Of a stretch of DNA of 64,000 nucleotides, positions 38,870 through 50,778 are shown piece by piece. The translations under genes were made by a program, and so were the position numbers. The stretch comes from Felis catus (lineage: Eukaryota). Positions within the stretch are counted from its first letter, which is position 1. Each line of letters starts with the position of its first letter. The notes beneath the pieces are model-generated. The model did no database searches, was not told where the DNA came from, and saw nothing but the letters and a program-made list of their open reading frames with translations. The stretch spans positions 108,688,001 to 108,752,000 of the forward strand of contig NC_058368.1 of NCBI RefSeq assembly GCF_018350175.1, in the 5' to 3' direction.

Positions 38870-39595
38870 CTGTGGGGACAAACACCAGGTTTCTGTCAGC
38901 CCACAGCATGAGGGGTCCTGAAGGGAGGCTGGTGTGAGACACACATAGAATAAGGTATCCTATTCCTCAGGAAATGCACTGCGGAGAATGCAGTGGCAGA
39001 GAGAGAGGACAGGAGCAGCTACCAGCAGATTGTCACCTGTCTCCCGCTTCTCTTAAACACCATCTTCTGTCCTTGCCATCTCTTCTCCCTGTCCTGGCCA
39101 TCCCAGGCCTCCTTCCCTCCCTCCCTTTAGCATATGCTGCTTTGTGACACTGGATGGGGTCTCCTCAGGGATTGATAACTGGCTAATTCCCCAGACATGC
39201 TTGAGCCCTCTTCTTCATGACTAGGCAGTCAGCTTTCTCATCTACTCCCATACGGTAAACAAGGACAGGCCAGCACTACCTACCCCTTCTGGCCTAGCTG
39301 CAAGTGGTACTGTTTCTGCTGGGACAGAAACATAGTAACAGGCCAAGTCAGTTAGGAAAAAAAAAAATGAATTAAAAAAAAAAGTTTGGGAATTTCAAGT
39401 CTTGATTTAGACCAGCCCAGTCCCAACCTTGGGGGTTGGTTGCTTCATTAATAGGAGAGGAAATGCTGAATTAAACAGAGTCAAATAAATCAGTAAGTTA
39501 AAGTGACTTTACATGTAAGGTGAAAGAAAAATAATTCCCTTTCACTCACTCTATGTGGCATCCACAGACATGCACAGCTAAATTCCTAAGTTTAC

Positions 39596-39684
39596 CTCTC
39601 CCTCTCCTTTGTAGGTCCAATAGTTCAGTTCCTCGACATCGACGAGCTTGATATGATTGCAGGGCAGAGGTGCCCCTACATGCC
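39596..39684 (-). CDS. ACSL6: ACSL6 exon (GHVGAPLPCNHIKLVDVEELNYWTYKGEGE)
   Basis: ttgtag acceptor, gtaaac donor, 89 nt, phase 1/0. Confidence 0.96.
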
Positions 39685-39809
39685 CTACAACACCAAAGCA
39701 ATATGGCATTTGTCAGTGTTCAGATCCATTTCAGCACTGAAGATGCTCCATGCCATGTAGAACCCCTCCAGTGGTCAAAGTGGGGAATTATGGAAGGAAA
39801 GCAATATAT

Positions 39810-40030
39810 CTTTATTTATTTAATTTTACATGTTTTATTTATTTTTAAGAGAGAGAGGGGGACACAGACTACGAGTGGGGGAGGGGCAGAGAGATAGAGG
39901 GAAACACAGAATCCGAAGCAGGCTCCAGGCTCCGAGCTATCAGTACAGAGCCTGACGTGGGGCTCCAACTCGTGAATTGCGAGATCATGACCTGAGCTGA
40001 AGTTGGATGCTTAACCGACTGAGCCACCCA
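39810..40030 (-). mobile_element. Can-SINE
   Basis: Reverse-complement SINE body and T-rich tail. Confidence 0.9.
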
Positions 40031-40359
40031 CACAATCCAGAAAAGCAATATACCTTTAGATGAGCATTTGTCACAGGCAAGCACTGATGATAAAAAAAAA
40101 AAAAAAAAAAAAAAGGTCTGGAGAAAGAACAGGCCAATCTCTGTTAGGTCTGTTTTACATCTGAGTCTTAAAAAGCTAGACAGGCACACCTGGCCCAGCA
40201 CCAACCTGAATAGGGTCTGTAGGGGGTTCATACCCACACCAACCACACTATCAGGACCTTTTACAATAGTGCCCATATTCAACATTTTTTCCCATTGTGA
40301 GACCCTTGGTTTTCGGATAATATATAGTCATCATCACTTTTCCTCCAGTCACCAGACTA

Positions 40360-40497
40360 TTGATTAATGTGCATAGTAATCGTCTAGAAATCTTGTTAAA
40401 ATACAGACTCTGATGAGGCCTAAGTATCTATGTCCCTTATGACACCAAGGCGATACTGATCCTTCTGGTCCACACATAAAACTTTGAGTAACAAAGG
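40360..40497. mobile_element. MER5-like hAT DNA transposon remnant
   Basis: aatcttgttaaaatacagactctga and ctggtccacacataaaactttgagtaacaa resemble MER5A/B. Confidence 0.55.
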
Positions 40498-41527
40498 AAT
40501 GGGAGACAAGGATGAGGTAACTCATCCCTGAAAGATACGACTTCAAATGTTGTTGGTCATATATACTCCAACCACAAAATTACATCTAAGTCATTTTCTA
40601 GTAACTGTGGTTGTTAACACAAGTCACTGGCAAGATAGAGGATTTTTAAGCAGGTGCTGGCCAAGGTCCTGAAAGAAAAGTGAGCCACGTAGATGAAAAA
40701 TGAGGCTGACACTCTGGTTTCTCTTTTAAATGACAGGCTGCCAACTTTTACAATACTGTGCAAAGATATCTATCCTCTCATACTCAATAGCTTTGCAACT
40801 TTTTGCAGTAAATATGATTTAAAAAGGCAAAAACCTCAAAAATCTTACATAGGAAAATGTATAAGATGACATTAAGAGGGAAGAGAGTGTTCAGAAAGAA
40901 GGGGATGTGTGAGTGATCAGGAAATATGATGGCAACAATAAGAAAAGAGCTACTGTTCCAGGATCTCAGAAAACAGTACTTACAGTAAATTTTCCAGCAA
41001 TAGAGAGATCAAAGAATTTATACGTAAGACAGGCTTTATTCAACTAGAGTGTGAAGAGATAAAACGTGGACAAAAATGCTTCTGTCCGTGATGTGGCCAG
41101 ATATGATTTCAATTTGGAATCCACCTATCATGTTTCTGCTGACTGCCTCAAGGTGTTCTGAAAATAGCATTACATTATTGTGCATATTTCTTTTCCATGT
41201 GCATCACCCTAAGTTTTCTGGTTTGTAGTTGGGCAAACTTAAGGATGAAGAGTGGCTCCAGGCTCCCAGAGAAAGTTGGTATCCTCAAGGATTCTTTTGT
41301 TCTGTGCTTTTCAGATTCTTCCAGTGTTTGGTTTAAATTTGGTGATGGGCAATACATGGGCTACCTACTGCTTCCTCCTTGCCTTGAAAAGTGAATCTCT
41401 TCAGAATGAGGGCGTGGAAAGGGGCTGCTCCTTCCTGAAGTTGCTGTTTTCTTCCAGACATTAACATCATAGGACACCCCAGTTCCCAAAGAGCCTCAGA
41501 AATGGCCCTTTAAGAAATAGTGCTCTT

Positions 41528-41994
41528 GGGGCACCTGGATGGCTCAGTAGGTAAAGCATCCAACTTCAGCTCAGGTCATGATCTCACAGTTCATGAGTTT
41601 GAGCCTCGCGTTTGGCTCTATGCTGACAGCTCAAGAGCCTGCAGCCTGCTTTAGATTCTGTGTCTCCCTCTCTCTGCCCCTTGCCCGCTCACACTCTGTC
41701 TCTGTCTCTTTCTCTCTCTCTCTCAAAAGTAAAATAAGCATTAAAAAAAAAAGAAATAGTGCTCTATTCACTATGAACTTGCCTTTCTTTTGTAAATAAT
41801 ATCCAATTCATAGCCTACTTACTTCATTCTAAAACAACCACAACCAGGGGCGCCTGGGTGGCTCAGTTGGTTGAGCATCCAACTTTAGCTCAGGTAATGA
41901 TTTCGCAGTCTGTGAGTATGAGCCCCACGTCAGGTTCTGTGCTGACAGCTCAGAGCCTGGAGCCTGTTTCAGATTCTCTCTCTCTCTCTCTCTC

Positions 41995-42028
<34 letters not shown>

Positions 42029-42113
42029 CCTCTCTCACTCTCGGCCCCTCCCCTGCTCACACTCTGTCTCTCTTGCTCTCAAAAATAATAAATAAACATT
42101 AAAAAATTGTTAT
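41528..42113 (+). mobile_element. Two Can-SINEs (41528-41752 and 41847-42113)
   Basis: Full-length; TSDs aagaaatagtgctct and aaaacaaccacaacca. Confidence 0.93.
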
Positions 42114-42402
42114 AAAACAACCACAACCAAGGCTGTGTGGTATTTAGAACCTGCAAAATCCAATATACTGATACTGACTGATATTGAAAGCATTTTTCTA
42201 CCTGGAACCGTATTCTGTCATGTACTACTTTTTTAAAATGACTTCTAGTTCTCTATAAAAGAAATAGGAAAATACAAAACATACTTGGAGAATACTAAAA
42301 CATGTTACAAAAAGAACGACATCCATAATGCCACAACCCAGACATAATCACCATCAGTTTGTTTCTTCTTTTTCTGTCACTTTTTGAGATCTTGCTGTTT
42401 TT

Positions 42403-42604
42403 TTTTCAACGTTTATTTTTGGGACAGAGAGAGACAGAGCATGAACGGGGGAGGGGCAGAGAGAGAGGGAGACACAGAATCGAAAACAGGCTCCAGGCTC
42501 TGAGCCATCAGCCCAGAGCCTGACGCGGGGCTCGAACTCATGGACCGCGAGATCGTAACCTGGCTGAAGTCAGACCTTAACCGACTGTGCCACCCAGGCG
42601 CCCC
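42403..42604 (-). mobile_element. Young SINEC_Fc
   Basis: Near-consensus; TSD gatcttgctgttttt. Confidence 0.94.
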
Positions 42605-42670
42605 GTGATCTTGCTGTTTTTAACTCAGCAGTGCCCCATGAGTCCCTCCCATACCTACAGGCCATCCTAC

Positions 42671-42743
42671 CTGAGGTCCAGTCCCCAGGCGTGGTGAAGG
42701 TACATCCAGCCGTGCACTCAGTTTGGCCATAGCCTTCATAAAC
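42671..42743 (-). CDS. ACSL6: ACSL6 exon (VYEGYGQTECTAGCTFTTPGDWTSG)
   Basis: ttgaag acceptor, gtagga donor, 73 nt, phase 0/1; GYGQTE adenylate-binding motif. Confidence 0.96.
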
Positions 42744-43059
42744 CTTCAAATGGAAAACAAAACCACACTGTAAGTATACATGCTCCTACAGCTGATGGCC
42801 TTCCCTTTTCAGCCAGCTAACTTCCCACTGAGCATCTAGCTGCTCCATGCTGGTGACAGAGGGAGGGAGGTGCTTTGGAGGTAGGTTTCTCCAGGTGAAA
42901 CGGAACACAAACAACAGGTGTGACCACTTGGTTTGGAAGAAGGGTGATTTGTACCACAGACACTTAGTAGATAAGGTTATGTGGTTTGGGTTAAAGATTT
43001 CTGACCTATTTTCAACTACTGACTCTATTTTTCATTTGGATGATATGTATTAAAGGCAA

Positions 43060-43512
43060 ATTTTTTTAAAGTTCATTTAGTTATTTTGAGAGAGACAGAG
43101 AGCACCAGCAAGGGAGGGGCAGAGAGAGGAAAAGAGAGAGAGAATCCCAAGCAGGCTCTGCACCGTCAGTGCATAGCCTGATGCAGGGCTTGAACCCACA
43201 ACCATGAGACCATGACCTGAGCTGAAGTCAGACACTTAACCGACTGAGCCACCCAGGAGCCCATGGGTTTATTATTTTCTATTTTATGTGTAACATAATT
43301 CAGTTGTCAGCATATGTCTGGAAGAAGACAGAGAGAGAGATACAAAGTGAGGAGGGGAGGGGCAGAGCAAGGAGGGGAGAGAGAATCCCAAGCAGGCTCC
43401 ACACTGTCAGTGCAGAGCCAGATGTGGGTCTCAAAGTCATCAACCAGTAAGAAATCATGACCTGAGCTGAAATCAAGAGCTGGACACTTAACTGACTGAG
43501 CCACCTATGCAC
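43060..43512 (-). mobile_element. Two Can-SINEs (43060-43262 and about 43320-43512)
   Basis: Reverse-complement SINE heads and bodies. Confidence 0.88.
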
Positions 43513-44069
43513 CTCAAAGACAAATATTTTAAAACCTACTGTAAGTTTTACTAGAACTCTGTTAGATATTCCCCTCCAGAGCATGTGCACGCACACATGC
43601 TCTCTCAATCTCTCAAAATAAATAAACGTTAAGAAAATATTAGTTGAACAGATAAATGAAAAAATGAATATTTTAGAGATGACAAAACCTACTGAACCAA
43701 ATAAAAAAACATCAGTGAACTTTGATCCCCCTCTCTAGTGCTCTTTTTCTGGGTTGGGAGATATTTTGCAGGATGGAGAACTCAGAGATGCTATTGCAGG
43801 TGTGGTATGGGTTCTCCAGCACAATTATGATCCACATGTAGTTTATCTGACCCCTTTTCCTAGAGTAGATACAATTGGACTTTGTAGGATATCACAAGAT
43901 CATCCTGGCTTTCACTGAGCCTTTTTTCATCCTCAGAGGAGGGAGCTTTTGTCCCCCTAAAATTTTGCCCCCAGGATCTTCCTCTATACAGTAGAGGGTG
44001 TAGTGGGCTCCCTGCTCTGCCTTAACACACATCCCATTGCCCCTAGGGAAAGTCACATAAAGGCAATAC

Positions 44070-44165
44070 CTGGCATCCCAGAGCTGCCCGGAGGAATCCC
44101 AGGACTGCTGGTGAAGCCGGAGCTGCTCCAGTAACAATCATCCGCACACACCCGCCAAGATTAGC
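44070..44165 (-). CDS. ACSL6: ACSL6 exon (ANLGGCVRMIVTGAAPASPAVLGFLRAALGCQ)
   Basis: ccacag acceptor, gtattg donor, 96 nt, phase 0/0. Confidence 0.96.
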
Positions 44166-45224
44166 CTGTGGGAAGAGAAAAGAACCTGCCAGTCTGGGCT
44201 GCTGAAGGTGGCATCTAACCCATCTGGGCCTCTTTCAAGGTCAACATTCAACAGTTGGATCCGACCTGACCCTAGGTCAGGTTTAAAAGAGAAGGCCTGA
44301 GGCTTTATAACATGTGAGCTGAAGATTCAGTCCCTTCTCCTTACAAATTAATCAACCCAATCAGCTTTGCAACTGGACCCACAAAATGGCCAACTTCTCT
44401 TTGCCTTTGGAGGTAAGTGCCACTCTTCTGGGCAGTGTTCTGTATGTTCTGTAATTTTGGTTCTCCCTTCCTTGAAATGAACAGCTTTCCTCTCATTCTC
44501 CCATCATCTGCCAGCAGCCAAAACAATTACTTAGAACAATTTCTTCCCACTTCCATCTTAATGGCATAGCCTTTTTTCATTTATAAATCAATACTGTTTT
44601 CTGCTCTATTGACTATGCACTGCATAGGACAAAGAATTGTTTCTGTAAGTTGAGCCAAGAGAGTTTAAATATTAATTTTCTTAGAGCTAAAAATAGGGTA
44701 GTAAGAAAAAACGAGTAATGCTATGAATTAGCTATAGATTCTTTGGGTAATGCAGAGCTTGACAACTTAAATGAGGATACAGAAGTGAGTAATTCATGAT
44801 CAGTCTGCACTGGTAGGGGTTGAAGATGTAGCTAACAGGAAGGGAAAGGAAGATTCTTGGTCACCTTGCTAGAACCTAGTGTTGCTGGGAAGCCAGCATG
44901 GCCAAGGCTACTGGGAAAGGCAAGAGAAACTTCGGGCCACAGAAGCTCCTGATGGACCTGACCATAAAAGGGCAAAGTTGCCCCAATGCCTGGGAAGACC
45001 AACAGATCTATTTTCCAGGAGTCCTTCTTGCTGGTTGCCTTTTGGCAAATATCACACACATCCAAATAACAAAAATGAGTCCTTTAATATTTCAATGTTA
45101 GTTTAAGCTTTGACTTCATGAGCAAATGAATTATCATTTTATAAGCCCACGGGAATGGGTTTCTCCAATTTTTCTATAAGGCCACTTTGGTGTCACTCCA
45201 TAATAACACTGTTTGTTTTCTTAC

Positions 45225-45359
45225 CTGAATCTTATTAAAGAAGAGTTCGTCCCAGATGCTATCATTCCTGATGATTCCCTTTCGGACCTCAGCCTGTTTA
45301 CGCTTTGCTGCAAACTCCAGGAGCCAGCGCTTTAATGGTGTGTCTGCTTGGCTAAAGAT
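45225..45359 (-). CDS. ACSL6: ACSL6 exon (IFSQADTPLKRWLLEFAAKRKQAEVRKGIIRNDSIWDELFFNKIQ)
   Basis: cctcag acceptor, gtaaga donor, 135 nt. Confidence 0.96.
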
Positions 45360-45751
45360 CTGAGGAACAGAAGTTGGAAGGAGCTGTTGGCCCCGTGTAC
45401 TACCTCTAGACAGATCCCCCCAGAAAGAAGGCCCAGACTAACCAAAAGAGAAGCTCCATTTTGCCCCTGCAGGACATCAGTGGATGTGACACCCAGCTAA
45501 AGTGAACATTACCAATGTCTGGCCACATTGTAGGGATGGAAATTCCTTAAGAAAAATCTGTCCAAACAGGGTTTTGGAGAATGGGAAGAAAACAGGATAA
45601 GGAAGGGGACAGTGAAGGAATACAAGAAAGGAGGTTAACTTCCAGGACCTGGGGGAGGAGGCATGGAAAGCCTGCCTGGGGCTTCAGACCCTGTACAGTC
45701 AAGCAGACACACAGCATATCAGCCTGGCTAGAGACCCCCTCTGGGGCTTAC

Positions 45752-45886
45752 CTTGTCATACATCCGGTTCAGTAATCGAGGGACCACAGGGAAGATGGTG
45801 GGGCACAGAGCCTTCATGTCATCTGAGAGGAGACGGATATCTCCCTGGAAGAAGCCTACGCGCCCTCCATGGCAGTAGACGACAGA
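45752..45886 (-). CDS. ACSL6: ACSL6 exon (SVVYCHGGRVGFFQGDIRLLSDDMKALCPTIFPVVPRLLNRMYDK)
   Basis: ctccag acceptor, gtaagc donor, 135 nt. Confidence 0.97.
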
Positions 45887-47178
45887 CTGGAGGGAGAGGA
45901 CAGGAAGGGAGGAGTCCCTCAGGGTGATCACTCCTGGCTGCAGTCCAAAGCTCTGCCCTACATGGAGGGCGCCCGTGACCCCCTATCCCAGCACCAGCTT
46001 CTGCCATGAGACACTTAAGAATGCTGTCTGGGGTGCCCCCCGTTTCCCACTAAGTCCCACTCAGGCACGGGGTGAAGCAGCAGGAGACAGGGAGGAATCC
46101 TGGGTCTTTGGGAGATGCCAGAGCAGCCAACTTCACTGGTTCCTGCTCCCTCATGCTCAACTCCCAAGCCCTGGGCAAGGACCTCCCTGGGGTCTCAGGT
46201 CTCTGAGCTATACTGCATCTTATCAGTAGATCTGATCCAGATCTGTGGATCTGCCCCAGGGACACCTCAGCAACTCTGGAAGGGTGTGCAGTGCCTGTGA
46301 GTACCGTGGGACAATGCTAACGCTGGCTCTGGGTATTGTTTGGTGGAGGGGGGCCAAAAGGGGGGGTGTCCTGGATGGTTCTTGATGAGGTTAGGAATAT
46401 TCCAGGGGCCTAATGCATGTGCCTTTCTTTAATGTTCACAGCACCCCTATAAGTGAGGCAGCATTTATATCTCCATTTTGCAGATGAGGAATGGAAAAAT
46501 CAGAGAGGTAAAGGGACTTGCCCAGAGTCGCAAAACTAGTTCATAGTAATGAACTATGGCATTCTAATCTATGTCTAAAAGCTGGAAAGCATTGCCCTAA
46601 TATACCAGCCCTCCCCCAAGATAGATGGGAGAGGCTTTAGAAGATATAGCTCATTCATAAGCTGGCCCCCTGAGTGACCCATGTGTGGAAAATTATTTGT
46701 TCCCACTACCTCATGGGGACTCCCCCCACTCCCTCTACGCTCCTGTAAAGCCTATCTCAGGGCCAATCATAATGCCAGTCCCATCTCCAGAGCGAGGGAT
46801 CATGACAGTTTGATTCCCCAACTTTACTGTCTTGTTTTCTTTTCCAGGAGTTGGCGAGTTTTGGAAGTTATGGTATGGAAATGTCTTGGCCATAAGTGGA
46901 GCCATATGGCACAGAGTGTGAATGGTAAAAATACTTCTGCAAAGCTATAGTTCTCTCTGAGCACAGGCCATCACCTGGGGCCTCTCTCAGAGGAGTTACA
47001 CCCACAGGGAAAACAAGGCAGACCTGGGGTCTTCCCTGGAGTCCTCCCAGGACCCCTGTGGTACCTGTCTGAGGACAGGGCAGTTTAGTTCTATTTCATG
47101 GCACCAGTGACAAGTGGCACTCTGGTAGGGTTCTGGGTTCTGGGCACAGAATGTGCCTCCCTGGAGCCAGGGCCTTAC

Positions 47179-47256
47179 CTGAACCATTCTCTCAAACATG
47201 TGTGCTAAAGGCAAATAGGAAATGTGCACATCCGCACATGTGGGAGCCCACTGACT
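47179..47256 (-). CDS. ACSL6: ACSL6 alternative Y-gate exon (SQWAPTCADVHISYLPLAHMFERMVQ)
   Basis: ttacag acceptor, gtaagg donor, 78 nt, phase 0/0. Confidence 0.95.
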
Positions 47257-47313
47257 CTGTAAGAAAACAGAAGGAGCCCAGGCAAGGCCCGGTCAGTCAG
47301 GTGGGCGTCTTAC

Positions 47314-47391
47314 CTGGATTACTCTCTCAAACATGTGAGCCAAAGGCAGGAAGGAGATGAGCACATCGTCCTGTCTCGGAAAGATCACTTT
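47314..47391 (-). CDS. ACSL6: ACSL6 alternative F-gate exon (KVIFPRQDDVLISFLPLAHMFERVIQ)
   Basis: ctgcag acceptor, gtaaga donor, 78 nt, phase 0/0. Confidence 0.95.
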
Positions 47392-48973
47392 CTGCAGGTG
47401 ACGGGCATGGGAGACAGAAAGGAAAGAAAACACTGACAGGAAGACGACAAGAGAGTCATAAAACAATACAGAGAAAAATGGTCCTGGAGGGGCAAACAGG
47501 AAGAAGGGAAGGGAAATGGGGAGGTGGGTGGGGAGGAGAGAGAGAGAGAGAGAGAGAAAGGCAAGATGAGAGAGAGAAAAAAATGTGTGAGAGAAAGAGG
47601 AAGATGAAAGGCGCAGAAGAAGAGAGGGAGAGGGAGACAGGGCAGCGTAGGAGGCGGAGTGTTAGGGCGCAGCCAGTGGGTCTAGGTTATCTGCAGAAGC
47701 AAAAAGCTCAGTGAAGCACACATAAACCAGCAGAGCTGAGCTCCGCAGGGAAGTCTCCTCTGGGGCCAGACCCCACTTCGCCATCTCCCTGGGCCACCTG
47801 AGCCAGGAGTCCAAGGGGCTTGGCTTATCAGCACTTTCTAGTCCTTCTTCCAGAAAAGGGACCCAGGGAGCCCTGGGTCTATACCAGCTGTGGCTGGGGT
47901 ATGAGCCCAGGACAAACAGATGGCTAAACCAGGCCTCACAAGCCAAGGTCTGGGGACAGGGCCTGTAGGGGAGGCCAAGAGGGAGCCCTGCTGCACCCCT
48001 CCTCCCTGGCCCACATCTCACAGATGGGACTGATCTCAGGGACAGGGGCTGCTCCAGCCAGGGGTGCCTGCACAAGGCCTGTGCCCAGGAGCAGGACATA
48101 CCCTCAGGTGCTCTCCTTTGCTGGACTTCCCTGTCCCCCACCCTTTCACAGGGGCCTTTATTCTTCCAAGGCTGGCTTTTGAATGAGTCTGGACAAGCCC
48201 TGGGAACTGGGCAAACAGCTCCTGTCTTGGGTTCAGCCACCAACAGTCTCTTACAGTCTTTTACCAAAATCTATCAGTGTTTGGGGCATATGCTCCGTAA
48301 TGCCATCTGGCAGGAATGCAGACAGTGATTTTTCTCCACTGTGGAGAAAAAGCCTAACTTAAGTGAAAAGGAACATTCCTTTCTCCTTAAGGAAGCTGCA
48401 GGAGACATGGATACTCACCACTTGTGGAAAAATGTCCTTCTTTCTTAGCCGGTTATAAAATGCTAACATGCTTTTGTCAGGCCAAGATATCAAGCTTTTT
48501 TTTTTTTTTTTTTTTGTTGGATTTTAGATTTACCTGTTTAAGTACAGTCTTACACATTAGCAGTCGCCATTGTTTCCCAGACTCTAGTAGTCCTTAAACA
48601 CGAAATGACTGAATTAAACCCTGACCTATTTGAAAAACAAGTAATTAAGGATTACTTTCTAAATATAGGTACACATAAAAACCACAGATATCTCACTTTT
48701 TGCAGTTAAAAATGAAAAAGAGTTTTACAGGTCTTTCTGGGATCTTAGCACTTTTAGAAATCAAATTGGCTATTTTTCAGGTATGGATCACTTCAGGGTT
48801 TGAGGTTAAAATATCTATAAAGGTCAGATTGTACTAATGACAATAGAAACACCTGCCTGTGAAAGGCAGCTCAGATTACATCAGGGCAGAAAAAAGAAAG
48901 CAAACAAAAAAAACCTCTGAGACTTGAGGGTGTCCTCAAGAGACACCTGCTTTAGCGAGTCTACTTTATTCAC

Positions 48974-49047
48974 CTCTGTCACTTTCAGAAAGCCTGAGAA
49001 ATCAGCCACCACGTTCCCATGGGTGAGCATCGCACCTTTTGGGTTCC
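48974..49047 (-). CDS. ACSL6: ACSL6 exon (GNPKGAMLTHGNVVADFSGFLKVTE)
   Basis: tttcag acceptor, gtgaat donor, 74 nt, phase 1/0; second half of the AMP-binding motif. Confidence 0.97.
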
Positions 49048-50164
49048 CTGAAAAGAGAAAGCACAAAAGGCAAATTAGTTGGAAGCTCAAGGGCCACTCC
49101 TTGAGAACAGTGCCCAAGTTGACAGCCCCAGACTGTTGGACCCAGACCCAGACCCAAGCCTCTGGTCTTCGTTGGCAGCCACTTCAGAGTCCTAGGCAGA
49201 TGAATGCCATGTCAGAGACTTTCATCCTGTAGACACTCAAAGCCCACCTTGAGACTCCCAGCAGCTTAAACCAGAAGGCAGGTGACACAGCCACACAGGC
49301 AGGGTGACTCAAAGCCTGACAGGCTGGTTACTTGTGGCCTGTGCTCCCTAAGGGAGCACAGGTTCTCAGCCCCCTGCCTCTTCACCCAGTATGTGGAGCT
49401 GGTCTCTGAGCTAAACAGGTCTAATCTCCAGAATCCAACAGCCAACTGTGCTAGCAGAGGACTTCCTCACTGCATCCAGAATCAGGAAAGGCCCCGGGGT
49501 TAAGGCTAGGCTAGAGGTGCAGAGCGCTGGGGTAGACCCCCTGCTTGCTCATTGTCAAAGATGGGACATGGATATTCTTGCTTTATCTTGATAAGACTTC
49601 TCACTACTCCTTGTAGTGAAGCCCAGGTTTGTTAGAATGACTCAGAAGAGTCATTCTCTAGGTGAGGGACCCAGGGCGCAGGAGGCTGGGGAAGGAGGCC
49701 AGAGTGGTCACCATTTCACATCAGGGCGGACACAACACAGGCCGTATCTGGACACATCTGACTGGTCTCAACTCCTGGCCTTTCCCGTCACTGCCAGCAT
49801 AACATGGGGAAGCCATTTCTCCTCTCTGTTTGCTTACCTGTAAAATAGGGACAATGCCCACCTCACAGGGCTTTCATAAGGTCTAAGAATATAATCCATG
49901 TGCAAAAGATGTTATTAGAAGTTTCCACTAAGGCAGCAGATACAACCACTGTGAAACTCCAAAAGTGAGAGGGCAGACCATGTGCAAACTTACCCAGGAA
50001 ATATTAAATAAACCAATATGTTTAACTTTGCAACCGTCACCCAGAAAGAGGTAATAAAAGGACAAAGTGACTAGAGATTAAGAGAGTATTGTAGTATATG
50101 CCATAAAATTGTTCACTTTAAAATATTTAATAATGTTTAATTAAGCTATGTGAATTTTACCTCA

Positions 50165-50230
50165 GAGAGGAAGAGAAAGGAAGAAGGAAGAGGAGGAAGA
50201 GGAGGAGGAGGAAGGGGAAGAGGGAGAGGA
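50165..50230 (+). repeat. (GAG/GAA)n purine-rich simple repeat
   Basis: Directly visible. Confidence 0.8.
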
Positions 50231-50530
50231 ATGGATTTGTGAAAAGAATTTCTTCAGAGAGAGCTACGCAGAGTTTTTTAGCCCATCCTCTCTCCCAACT
50301 TGAAACCCCAGCTAACTCAGAGCTCAATCATGTTCCCTGCAGCTGGGGATCCTGGTGAGAAATGTGAAGAAGACCGTGGCTGCAAAAAAATAATAAATCC
50401 CAGGGACTGCATATGGAGTTGGCAGAAGGAACATTAGTCTGAGGGGGTGATGGCAAGAACTGTGGGTTAAAAAGGAATCTTGTCCACAGGCACAAAATGT
50501 AGAGGAGGGAGTGCAAAGAGAACTCCTAAG

Positions 50531-50778
50531 TGGCACCACCTGAGTGGCTCAGTCAGTTGAGCATCCAACTCTTGATTTCAGCTCAGTTCATGATCTCAAG
50601 GTCTTGAGATCTAGCTTCACACCCAGCAGGGAGCTCACTTGAGATTCTCATTCCCTCTCTCCCTGCCCCCTCCCCTGCCTGCATGTGCACTCACACTCTA
50701 TCTCTCACTCTCGCTCACTCTCTCTCTCAAAAACAAAACAAAACAAAACAAAACAAAACAAAACAAAACAAAACAAAA
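50531..50778 (+). mobile_element. Can-SINE with (AAAAC)n microsatellite tail
   Basis: SINE head, about 9 AAAAC units, flanking agaactcct duplication. Confidence 0.88.

Noticed and set aside
47662..48267. 201-aa ORF, the longest in the track
   Set aside because: Non-ATG start, intronic GC-rich sequence, no recognisable domain
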